This document shows, piece by piece, positions 1 to 10,400 of a DNA stretch of 64,000 bases. The notes beneath the pieces were generated by a model. That model was not told the origin of the DNA and did not search any database. It saw only the letters and a list, made by a program, of their open reading frames with translations. Every line of letters begins with the position of its first letter. Within the stretch, counting starts at the first letter, position 1. Position numbers and translations under genes: made by a program. Origin of the DNA: Parachlamydiaceae bacterium (GTDB taxonomy: Bacteria > Chlamydiota > Chlamydiia > Chlamydiales > Parachlamydiaceae); the NCBI GenBank assembly GCA_013816265.1, contig JACDES010000001.1, positions 25,636 to 89,635 of the forward strand, given 5' to 3'.

Positions 1-560
1 ATAAGAACATGTTCGTTTTCAGATAACTCTCCTTTTTCAAAGGCATAATAGACAGTACCAAATGCAACAGGTAAACTACATCCTTGCTCGAATGTAATAT
101 TTTTGGGTTTTGAAATTACATTATTATGTGGGACATTAACGAAGTTGGCGTGACCGCCCATTTTCTCCCCGGCTAAAGCGATAACCTCGTCACCTTCACG
201 AAAACCAGTTACATTTTTTCCTATTTTTGATATCACACCCGCCACTTCAAATCCTGGAACAAAAGGATATAGTGGCATTGTTGGATATAATCCATTCACA
301 CTCATGATATCAGGAAAATTGATTGCACTTGCTTTCACATTAATCTGAATTTCATTTTGATCGGGTTCAGAAATTTGCCACGAAAGTAGTTCAAGTTCAT
401 CCATAACATGTACGGATGATAAAACTAACCCATAATTTTTTTCTAAATTCTTATCCAATATTGATTTTGACTGATTAGAAATTGCATTGATCAATTTCAA
501 TGCTTCATCAGGCGAGATCTTCTTTGCATGAAGATCGCTTAAAATGTCTTGTATACCCAT
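1..560 (-). CDS. MDR-superfamily enoyl reductase (ER) domain protein, N-terminal part only (gene runs off the left edge); probably the next PKS subunit
   Basis: Not in the ORF track because it is truncated by the window. Manual minus-strand translation from ATG at 560-558 gives MGIQDILSDLHAKKISPDEALKLINAI...EIQINVKASAINFPDIMSVNGLYPTMPLYPFVPGFEVAGVISKIGKNVTGFREGDEVIALAGEKMGGHANFVNVPHNNVISKPKNITFEQGCSLPVAFGTVYYAF. This is the classic N-terminal MDR/PKS-ER pattern (INFxD, P..PG.E.AG.V..G..V..F..GD.V). The first ~25 aa resemble the N-terminal docking helices of the PKS ORFs at 27524 and 14383. Confidence 0.6.
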   Translation of the reverse strand, partial: MGIQDILSDLHAKKISPDEALKLINAISNQSKSILDKNLEKNYGLVLSSVHVMDELELLSWQISEPDQNEIQINVKASAINFPDIMSVNGLYPTMPLYPFVPGFEVAGVISKIGKNVTGFREGDEVIALAGEKMGGHANFVNVPHNNVISKPKNITFEQGCSLPVAFGTVYYAFEKGELSENEHVL

Positions 561-575
561 ATTATGGTCCACAAC

Positions 576-1325
576 TTATTTTCCAAAAAGGGATAAAATC
601 TTTTCTTTTACTTCAGGTTGATGAAATGTTTTTTCATGCATCAAGAGTTCTTGCTTAATGATAGACTGCAAGTCTCTTCTCAAAGGGGCAACTAAATGAT
701 CTTTAAGAGTGATCAAAGATGTCCTAGGTTTTTCACTTAAAGAACGAGCTATTTTCATCGCATGTTCAACGACTTCATTTCTTGGCAATACAGGGAAAGG
801 GATACCTCTTTGTTGTAATTCTTCGCCCAAAAAATTTTCTGCGGTCATTAAAAGTTCTTGTGTAAGGCTTAAGCCTAATTTTACAGGCAATATCAATGTT
901 GCACCCATGCCAGGTGTAAAGCCATATTTCATAAAATTTGTTGTATATATACTTTTTCTACTGAGAATGACGAAATCCGCAAAAAGCCCCATCACGAAAC
1001 CTCCACCAATTCCATGGCCTTGCATAGCAGAAATAACAGGTATCGGGCAATCTAATGCTAAACTATATAAATTCCCGTCTGTAAAAGTTGCTTCCTTTTG
1101 ATGGATCTCTAACAAAGCTTCTTGGGTACCTCCAGAAGCAAAATAAGTATCAAACCCAGTTAAAATGACGACTTTTAAATTTTGATTATTTCGAATTTTC
1201 TCAAAGGATGAAATTAATCCTTTCACCAGTTCTTTTGAAAAAGTATTTTTGTGCACTCGGTCTTGCATCGTTAACAAAGCAATGCCTGGCTCAATTTCTT
1301 TTAGTTCTACTACAGAATTTTCCAT
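576..1325 (-). CDS. Enoyl-CoA hydratase family protein, ECH2-type (beta-branch decarboxylase, PksI/CurF-ECH2-like)
   Basis: 249-aa ORF with crotonase motifs 'YFASGGTQEAL', 'MQGHGIGGGFVMGLFADF' and 'NFMKYGFTPGMGAT'. It lies directly after ECH1 and HMGS in the same orientation. It is a paralog of the ORF at 38539-39279. Confidence 0.8.
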   Translation of the reverse strand: MENSVVELKEIEPGIALLTMQDRVHKNTFSKELVKGLISSFEKIRNNQNLKVVILTGFDTYFASGGTQEALLEIHQKEATFTDGNLYSLALDCPIPVISAMQGHGIGGGFVMGLFADFVILSRKSIYTTNFMKYGFTPGMGATLILPVKLGLSLTQELLMTAENFLGEELQQRGIPFPVLPRNEVVEHAMKIARSLSEKPRTSLITLKDHLVAPLRRDLQSIIKQELLMHEKTFHQPEVKEKILSLFGK

Positions 1326-1348
1326 ATATCAACAATCTTTTTTCTAAT

Positions 1349-2119
1349 TTAGTTTTCCCAAGGAAACTGGCCTGTTTTTACAAATCTTGATATTCCTGCT
1401 ATATTCTGAGGATCACTAAAAATTTCTTTATTTGTTTCTATAGCGATGTTTTTATCATTGTCTAAACTAGGCATTAATGTACGAATATAATTTTTATATT
1501 TTGCTATTCCACTCTTTGGTAGCCTTCTAAGGCGCAATAATTGTTTCCTCAATAAAGATTCACTATTAGAATCATAGGCATCTACAAGCCCCCACTGATA
1601 GGCCTGCTGCAACCCAATGGGTTGTGTTGATAATGTTAAATAATGTGCTTTCTGAAAGCCGATTTTTCTTATCAAAAAAGGCATTACACATGCCGGCATT
1701 AAACCAAAAATAAGTTCTGACAAACTAAATTGAGCAGTTTCATCAGCCAATACGATATCAGAGGCAGCTACAAACCCCATCCCGCCAGCATTCACCTTCC
1801 CCCTAACATGGGAAATTGTAATAAAAGGACCTGTTGCCATTTTCAACCATATATTATATAAGGGTTCTGGCCCACCGGATGAATGACTGCTATCTTTTTC
1901 CTTACTTACTTCATTAAAATCCGCCCCATAACAAAAATAGTCCGGAAGCCCTTCAAAGACTACCACCGAGACATCATCAATACAATTGTCAAGGACTTCC
2001 ATTATTTCTTGTATGAGAAGATCATTGATAGTATTTTTAGCCTCAGGTCTATTAAACTGTATCTGGCAAATAGGATTGTTCTTTTGTACTTTTATTGTTT
2101 CGTAATTTCTCATACCCAT
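1349..2119 (-). CDS. Enoyl-CoA hydratase family protein, ECH1-type (beta-branch dehydratase, PksH/CurE-like)
   Basis: 256-aa ORF with 'YFCYGADFNEV', 'GKVNAGGMGFVAASDIVLADETAQFSLSELIFGLMPA'. An alternative ATG at 2113 forms an ATGA overlap with the HMGS stop (2110-2112), which suggests translational coupling. Confidence 0.75.
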   Translation of the reverse strand: MGMRNYETIKVQKNNPICQIQFNRPEAKNTINDLLIQEIMEVLDNCIDDVSVVVFEGLPDYFCYGADFNEVSKEKDSSHSSGGPEPLYNIWLKMATGPFITISHVRGKVNAGGMGFVAASDIVLADETAQFSLSELIFGLMPACVMPFLIRKIGFQKAHYLTLSTQPIGLQQAYQWGLVDAYDSNSESLLRKQLLRLRRLPKSGIAKYKNYIRTLMPSLDNDKNIAIETNKEIFSDPQNIAGISRFVKTGQFPWEN

Positions 2120-3363
2120 TCATATTCTCTATGGAATTCGGAAATTCTTTTTAAGAATAAGTGATTTTTTCCTTTTGATAACTCAATGGCTTCAGGAATA
2201 AATTTATGGTCGATCTCAACGTTTCGAGTCCCAAATTTTACTGTATGACTATTTCTTAGAACCTTTTCATATTCAGGTATTGAAAGCTTATACCGAGAAT
2301 CCAAGCCCTTTGCATATTTAAAACTTTCGATTATTTTTTTGCTTTCAGGTGTAACTATTCCACTATAAAATTCAGAGCAGCATCCAGAACCATAAGAAAA
2401 GCAACCTATTCTTTTTGCGTCATTTACCTCACCATTTTCTATAGTACTTGCTAGAGAAAGAAATATTGTTCCACCCATAATATTACCAACTCGCTGACAC
2501 AAAGTAAGCCCTGGCATAACCCTTTGCTGAAAATCTTCTTCAATCTCATTAGGTTTTGCTTTATTCATTTTGCGCATCATTGTTCGATGAGCCCCTTTAA
2601 CCATACCACCGAATGGTGTGTGAAATGTGAGATATTGAAATGTATCCCTATAATCAACACCACTTACTCTTTTTTGATATTCTAAAAATGCATTTTCACA
2701 ACAATCTAAATAAGACATCAAGGACAGATCTGAATCCCCTGCATCTTCATCAGGAACAGGGCGACAAGTATCCATAACTTCATAGCCATAATATCCATTT
2801 GCTCCAACGTCAACTTGAAAAACATTTGGTTTTTCACTAACAAGTAATGCAACAGCTCCTGCCCCTGAACTGGGTTCTGCATAGGACCAATCAGGTGTTA
2901 CTCCTCCTTCAACAACCATAAAACGGGAAATATCAGTAGTAATAACTAGCGCTTTTGCCCCAGGAGATGTTTGTGAGAGGATGAAATTTAAAGCCATCTG
3001 GAATCCAGCAGTACCGGCATAGCAAGCTTGCTTTATTTCAAATAAACGACAATTGCGAGGAAGCTGAAGATAGTGGTGGATATAGGTACTTAATGATTTT
3101 CCAAAGTCAATTCCCGATTCTGTACATGTGATCAGTAATTCGATCCTTTCAATATCATCTTTAGAAAGTTTCTTTAAAATTGGCAGTGCGGCGTTAACAC
3201 CAAATGTAACAGGGTCTTCGTAAGGGAGTGCAACGGCTTTTTCTTTCATCAGTAAATTTTCAAATCTTCCTGAATCTAAATTTCTATGCACTGCTAGTTT
3301 TTGAACATCCAGAGAAGCAACTCCTCCAAATATGTTCATTGATTCAATACCAGCTGAAACCAT
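2110..3363 (-). CDS. HMG-CoA synthase-like beta-branching enzyme (HCS/HMGS, PksG/CurD-like)
   Basis: 417-aa ORF with the HMGS catalytic triad contexts 'ITCTESGIDFGKS' (Glu), 'KQACYAGTAG' (Cys) and 'LTFHTPFGGM' (His). It is flanked by an ACP and ECH1/ECH2. Confidence 0.9.
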   Translation of the reverse strand: MVSAGIESMNIFGGVASLDVQKLAVHRNLDSGRFENLLMKEKAVALPYEDPVTFGVNAALPILKKLSKDDIERIELLITCTESGIDFGKSLSTYIHHYLQLPRNCRLFEIKQACYAGTAGFQMALNFILSQTSPGAKALVITTDISRFMVVEGGVTPDWSYAEPSSGAGAVALLVSEKPNVFQVDVGANGYYGYEVMDTCRPVPDEDAGDSDLSLMSYLDCCENAFLEYQKRVSGVDYRDTFQYLTFHTPFGGMVKGAHRTMMRKMNKAKPNEIEEDFQQRVMPGLTLCQRVGNIMGGTIFLSLASTIENGEVNDAKRIGCFSYGSGCCSEFYSGIVTPESKKIIESFKYAKGLDSRYKLSIPEYEKVLRNSHTVKFGTRNVEIDHKFIPEAIELSKGKNHLFLKRISEFHREYEWV

Positions 3364-3443
3364 ATTTTTTACCTTTCATTTATATTTTTTGATTTTTGAT
3401 CCGATCAGTATATTCAAATTTTTATTAGTAGTAAAATTGAATT

Positions 3444-4097
3444 TTATGACCCATATTGTGTACCAAAATATGGAAGGATAAAAACAAAACGTAAAGATCC
3501 CAACACTTGTGAAGTCTTATATTCTACTTTAGGCTTCGTTGTAACAATTTTCTCTTTCTCTTTTATAGGTTTTGTGTCGACGTAAATATTCCCTTTAAAT
3601 AAAACTAGCATATTTTTCACATTTTCATTTTTTCTATTTAATGCTGATTGTTGGAATTCACTTTCATAATCAAATGGAGAAGTTCTCAATAAATGTTCTA
3701 CTCCCTTACTAAAATGCTCTGATTCCATAGGAAGCTTAACGACCATACTTTTAAATACACCAAAAACTTTAGATAGCTTATTATTAGATTTTAATTGAGT
3801 AAGGACGAAATGAAGAGACCTTTCTTTTCTTCCTTCAAGTAAAACAATAAATTCAGCAGCCGTTATTTCAGGACTGGCGCCTAATTGCAAAGCTTTTATT
3901 CCTTCTTCCATATTTTCATTCAGTAAGGAATCTTTAAAAACCTTATCGATATTTTTTGTTTTACTTTTTTGTGTCGATTTTACAAAACTCCAACCGATCC
4001 AATCAGAACCAACAAATGAACTTATTAAAGTGTTTACGTTGGCAGATTGGTTATTAACAAGCGTTAATTCAGTAAGCAGAGGATTAAAAAGATTCAT
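3444..4097 (-). CDS. Hypothetical protein inside the beta-branching cassette (no recognisable motif)
   Basis: 217-aa ORF, same strand. It has a 14-nt gap to the ACP stop and an 80-nt gap to the HMGS start. It occupies the slot normally taken by the decarboxylating KS. I recognise no catalytic motif. Confidence 0.5.
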   Translation of the reverse strand: MNLFNPLLTELTLVNNQSANVNTLISSFVGSDWIGWSFVKSTQKSKTKNIDKVFKDSLLNENMEEGIKALQLGASPEITAAEFIVLLEGRKERSLHFVLTQLKSNNKLSKVFGVFKSMVVKLPMESEHFSKGVEHLLRTSPFDYESEFQQSALNRKNENVKNMLVLFKGNIYVDTKPIKEKEKIVTTKPKVEYKTSQVLGSLRFVFILPYFGTQYGS

Positions 4098-4111
4098 ACC
4101 ATTCTCTCGTT

Positions 4112-4363
4112 TTATTTTTGATGTTCCATTTTTATATGCAGGATATCTACTAATTCTCCCAAATTTGTAGCCCCAAATAACCCTACTCTTGGTATCTTTA
4201 ATGCCAGTGACTCTAAAGTCATTGTCACAATTTCTGCTCGATCAATGGAATTTGCACCTAATTCCTTTAATTGGTCATTCCTCTGAAAGGGATGATTTTC
4301 TAACTCAGGAAGAACCTCACGGCAGTGACCCGTTAAATATTCAAATATTTTTTCTTTATTCAT
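4112..4363 (-). CDS. Free-standing acyl carrier protein (donor ACP of the beta-branching cassette, AcpK/CurB-like)
   Basis: 83-aa ORF with 'LKELGANSIDRAEIV' (the GxNS(I/V)DRAE phosphopantetheine site typical of HCS-cassette ACPs). Confidence 0.85.
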   Translation of the reverse strand: MNKEKIFEYLTGHCREVLPELENHPFQRNDQLKELGANSIDRAEIVTMTLESLALKIPRVGLFGATNLGELVDILHIKMEHQK

Positions 4364-4414
4364 TGTAATTCTCAGCTTTGTTTATTCTAATTGATTATCC
4401 AATACATCCAAAAC

Positions 4415-7400
4415 TCAGGTTATTAATAAATTTAACTCCTGATTGGCTTTATCTACGTTTAATTTTCCGCTATATACATCTTCGAGCATTTCTAACAAGG
4501 TTTTTTTGTTGTTACTCAATTCCGTTACTAAAAATTTAGAAAAATCTAATAGTGTTGGATAATCATAAATTTTTGTTACGGGAATCGAAACAGAGTATTT
4601 CTTATTAATTGACCTAATCCATTCGACGCCGATAATAGAATCGAGACCAAGATTGAGGAAATTTTCATTGATATCTACATCATTGCTATTCATATCTAAA
4701 GCGTTTGATAAGGACAACACCAACTCATTTAAAATCTCATCACTTTGTTTTCCATTAACTTGCGGTTCGATAATCCTAGAAACAGCAATTGGAGAAGATA
4801 AGTTGGCACGATCTTTCAAGCTAGAAACATGTATCACTTTATCATCCCGAACTAACGTTTCCAGGATAACTGTTTCGCCACCTTTCTTTTTCGTAATTTC
4901 TACTTTCAAAAAATTCTGAAATTCATCAAGTGTGGGATAATCGTAAACCTTTGTTGCAGATATATTTGTACCATACCTTTTATTTATCGCTCTTATCCAT
5001 TCCACCCCGATAATTGAATCCAAGCCCAAATCTACAAATTTCTCATTGGTATGTAATTCTTCCATTTCAATATCAAGTACGCGGGATAGACTTTCTGCTA
5101 ACTCCAAAAGCATGTCTTTTGATTCTACTAATGATTTCTCTTTAGCTATTAGTGAAGGCTCCGGCTCCGATTTCGTAATACTTTTCAATTTTTCATTTTC
5201 GTTGCCAAAATTCTTTAAAGTAATACCAGTGGGCTTTGCTAATGAATGTGTTGTTCCATTAAGTTTGTGTTGAAGAGGTTGATGCTTATTAATTATTAAA
5301 CAGTCTGTTCGTTTTACATCGTTTTTGCTTGCATCAGTTATCCAAAACTCATTCCTTTCAAATGGATATGTCGGTACATGACATTTTTGATGATTCACCT
5401 TCCAACGTGGGGTATATCCTTCAACATATAGCTCAGCAATTTTTTTCAGTTCTTCCTCAGTTGTAGTTTGAATTGAAATTTCTTTATCGCTTTTGTTCGC
5501 TTTCTTTCCTTTTACTGCGAGCTTTTCTATTGCTTCTTTTTTATTTGATGCTACCACAGCTTTTCGATACTCAAAGTGTTGACGCCCCTCTATTAATGTG
5601 TAACTAATTGAAGTGAGATCGTCTTCATTTTCGAGATAGTCGATTAGCTCTTTTGTTTTTGCTTCTAGGCTTTTTTCAGTTTTAGCAGATAAAAAGAAAA
5701 GATAGGACGACTGTTTTTCGAAAGTAACTTCTTGATCATAATTTTCGAGAATCATATGGACATTCGTTCCACTCATTCCAAAGGCGCTTACTGCACCTAG
5801 GCGTTTTGGTTTATTCCATCCTTGTGTCTTTTCGTTAACATAAAATGGACTATCCTTCCAATTGATATATTCGTTCCCGTTTTCGAAATTTAGGCTTTTA
5901 GGTATTTTTTTGTTATAAAGAGAAAGCGTGAGGGTAATTAAATTAATCACCCCAGAGGCCGCAAACGTATGTCCAAAATTTGTTTTTGTGGAGGTCAAAG
6001 CGCAATGTCCTTTGTGATTAAAGGCATCGATGAGTGCATTGACTTCAACTGGATCACCCAATTTTGTTGCTGTACCATGCGTAACGATATATTCAATCTG
6101 CTCCGGTTCGATGTGATTTTTTTCGTAGATTGATTTTATGAGTTTTGCTTGGGCCTCACCATTGGGGGCTGTAATACCATTAGTTTTACCATCATAATTC
6201 AATCCGCTTGCTTTTATTACAGCATAGATGGAGTCCTTGTCTTCTATTGCTTGTGAAAGTCTTTTTAATACTACTGTTGCCACAGCTTCACCAGGAACCA
6301 TTCCGTTTGCCCTTTGATCAAAGGTGTAACATTTACCATCCTCAGATAGCATTCCGGCTTGTGCCATGGCTACAAAAACTTCGGGACTGAGGGTTAAACT
6401 AACCCCTCCTGCTAAGGCAGTATCACACTCTCCATTTCGGAGACTATTGCAGGCTTGATGGATCGCAACTAGACCGGATGAACACGATGTATTAATTGCC
6501 ATGACGGGTCCATCTAGATTTAGAAAGTAGGATAATCTGGATGCCAGGATGGCTTCGTGATTAGAGGTAACGTTTGAATCTTTTTCTTTATTAAGATTTT
6601 GATAATCTCCTTGTTCTACACCTATATATACACCAATTTTCAGTCTTTCAAAGTCATTTTTACCGTAGCCAGCGTCTTCTAGTGCTTTCCATCCCTCTTG
6701 GAGAAGAAGTCTTTGGCGTGGATCTAACATTTTAGCTTCTTTTGGAGATATTCCAAAAAAAGTGTGATCAAATTCTTTTACACCTGGTATCGCACCAATC
6801 CATTTACAATTAGATTTCTGAGGATCGTTTGCTGAATCCCCATAATAATCTCGCCAATCAAAACGATCGGATGGAATCTCAGTGATCGTTTCTTTTCCTT
6901 CAATGAGGATTTGCCATAGTTCTTCAATATTTCGGGCTCCAGGAAATCGTCCGCTCATTCCTATTATTGCAATTGGTTCGTTTAATGATTGTGTAGGCTG
7001 TATTTCTTTTGGAGGTTTTATTTTTATAAATGCAGTTTTAAGTTGGTAAAAGTTTTCTATTGTTTCTTTATGTGTTGTAAATAGGTAACTTGTTAATTTT
7101 TTCACAGTTGCATGTGCAAAAAAGATGGATGGAGTTAAAGATATTTGATAAAAATTACTCAATTGATGTGCTAGGGTTGTTAAACTGATCGAATCAAATC
7201 CTAAATCGGCAAGATTGGCTTCTTCATCAATTTTTTCTGTCGTAATGGAAAGGATTGTGCTTATTTGATTTTTGAGATCTTTATTAAGAATTACCTCAAC
7301 ATCCTGAGGATTATCTAAATGAATTTGATCTTCATTTCCAGCGAGAACTAAAAACTGACTTTCTTGTTGAGATAAGAGAGCGTCAAAAAGAGGCGCGCCC

Positions 7401-10400
7401 TCTTTTCCTTCTAAAAGACGTTTTCCACTTGTTTTTAAGTATAGCTGAGTACCATGATCATCGGCAAAACCCATTCCACCTTCTTTCCAAAGGGGCCAAT
7501 TAATAACAACAGTTTTACATGCTTTTTTGGTTGTTTTTCTAAATTCGCTGTAAGCCATTTGGAAACGATTACCAACTGCATAATCGCATGAACCAAAATC
7601 CCCTAATATTGCTGCAGCTGATGAAAAATAACAAACAAATTCAAGTGAATCCCCATTTAACAATTCATCAAGTATTTGTGTTCCTTGTATCTTAGGAGCA
7701 ATAATTTCTTCAAATTCAGAAAATTCTTTTTCTAAAAGATTATTTCGTCCCTGCAATCCAGCAAGGTGCAATACTCCATTGATTTCTCCAAATTGACTTT
7801 TGGCTTTATGTATCCCGTCTTTCATTTGTTGAGCATCAGATACATCGGCTTGCAAATATAGTACACTGGCGCCTAAAGCTTCTAATTCTTTTATACTTTT
7901 GTTCTTTTTCCCATCTAGAGGTGATCTGCCGCACAAGATTAAATTTACTTTAAAAACTTTTTTGGTAATATATTCAGCAAAAAGCAATCCGAGACCTCCA
8001 CATCCACCTGTAATAATGTATGTAGCATTTTTTCTTAGCAGGGATGGCATAGTTTTAACATTATATGGTTTCAAAGATAAACGATGAGCTTGTCCTTTTT
8101 TATATTTTAAGCTCTCGATTTTTTCCAATCGAACAACAATCCAAAGACGAGATATCCATTCTGATAAATCTATTTTTCCCCAATCATATATCATAGAGAT
8201 TTTTAGATTTTGAAACACAAGCCCAATCGATTTTTCGAATCCTATCCAAGATAGTCCATAGCACATTTCCAATGGATCTCCCTCAAATGGAATCAATAAA
8301 GTACCTGAAATCCCTAAACGATGAATACTTTTTAATAACTCTACGAGATGTCCATATTCCTTTCTCAAATCACTATTTTCCAATGCTCCAAAATACCATA
8401 TTGAATCAATTTTAACTTTTCTGCTTATTAGCTTAAGTTCATTTTCATCGGATGCGAAATTAAAAATGCATTCTGGAGCCAAGACTTTAAGTTGTCTTAA
8501 AACAAGCTCTTTTCTGTTTTCATTTAATCCAAGACAAACGATGTTATTAATCTTCTTGGCTGGAACTAGCTGGATAGGCTCCCAATATTCCTCAAAGGTT
8601 CTCAAAGTAGTTTCTGCACTACCAATATTATCTTTGGGTTTATCTAGAATATCTTTTATCCAATATCGCTCTTTTGTAAAGGGATATGTCGGCAAACTCA
8701 TTCTTTTAGGGAGGTCATTTCCATAAAACTCCTCCCAATCTATATTCACTCCATTTACCCATAACTCTAATAATTTCGAATAGTTTTTATTATTTAACCA
8801 TTTGTGGATAACCTGCAGAAGCTCAGAATCATTTTCAAAAATTGTAACAATTTGGGTTTTGTTTCTCACACTGCCTACATAAAACTCACTTGCTACATTT
8901 TCGAAATCGCTTAATATAAGTTGTAAGGAATTTGTAAGTTCAGAAATATTCTTAACAACAAAACCGATCCTTTCTTCCATTGCCTCTCTACCAACTTGTA
9001 GAGTATAGGAAATGCTAAGTAATTTTGAATCGTCATAATTTTCGGATTTGATTTTCAATAATAAATTCTTAGCCTGATCCTTAAGAGCTTCTTTGTTTTT
9101 TGCCGAAAGAAGAATAACATGATTTGAACTATTAAATTCTTTATTAGATTCACTTGATATGTGTTCCCCGAGAATAACGTGTGCATTTGATCCACCCGCA
9201 CCAAAAGAAGAAATTGCAGCTAAGCGAGCTTCATTTACAGACCCACCATTCTTTTCAACTAGTGGTGTTCTCCATACCGATAACTGTTGTTGAAGATAAA
9301 AGGGTGTTCTAGAAAAATCAATATTCGGATTTATATCTTTTGCATGTAATGTCGGAACAATCTGTTTGTTTTGCAATTGGAGAACGATTTTTATGATCCC
9401 AGCAATCCCTGCAGCCGATTCTAGATGGCCTATATTTGATTTGACGGATCCTAGAGAACAATAATTTCTTTCATTAGTATCTTGTCTATATGCTTCGGTC
9501 AAACCACTCAATTCAATTGGATCACCTAATTCTGTGCCAGTACCATGTGCTTCGACATAACTGATGGATTTTGCACTTATATTACCCTTATCAAGAACCT
9601 TACGTATTAAATCGCCCTGAGCAATAGGATTGGGGACAGTATATCCATTTGTTTTTCCACCATGATTAATACCTGTAGAATGAATGACAGCAAGAATGTT
9701 ATCATTATCCTTTAAAGCCTCTGATAATGGCTTTAAAACAATGACTCCTACACCCTCACCTAATACAATGCCATCTGAATCTTTTCCAAAACTACGGCAA
9801 TGACCATATTTCGATAACATTTGCAGCGCACAAAGTGCAACATAGTTAGCAGGATGTAAATATAAATTGACCCCTCCGACTAAAGCCATTCGACATTCCT
9901 TACGAATCAGATACTCGCAAGCTTCATGCACAGCAGTAAGAGAAGAGGAACACATTGTATCAACAGGAAGACTTGGGCCATTCAGATTTAACAAATACGA
10001 CACTCTATTTGGAAGAGAGCTAAACGATGTATGAGGAAACTGCAATCCTCCTTTTTTCCAAATTTCTGGGCCATAGAGTTCATAACCCATTCTAGTGATG
10101 CCAGCAAAAACCCCTACATTGTTATTGCATTTCTTGGCGAGTAGTTTTTTCGTGTAACCTGCATCTTCTAAGGCACTCCAAGCACATTCGATAAATATTC
10201 GCTCCTGCGGATTCATATTCATCGCTTCTTTAGGAGAAATATTAAAGAATAGTGAATCGAAATTAGCAAAATCCTCAACGAATCCGCCCCATTTGCTATA
10301 ACTTTTTCCTGATAAAATAGCTGATTGTTTATCAGAATCGTAAAAATTGTCTAAGGACCATCTTTCAGAAGGTATTTCTGTAATGCAATCATTTCCATTT

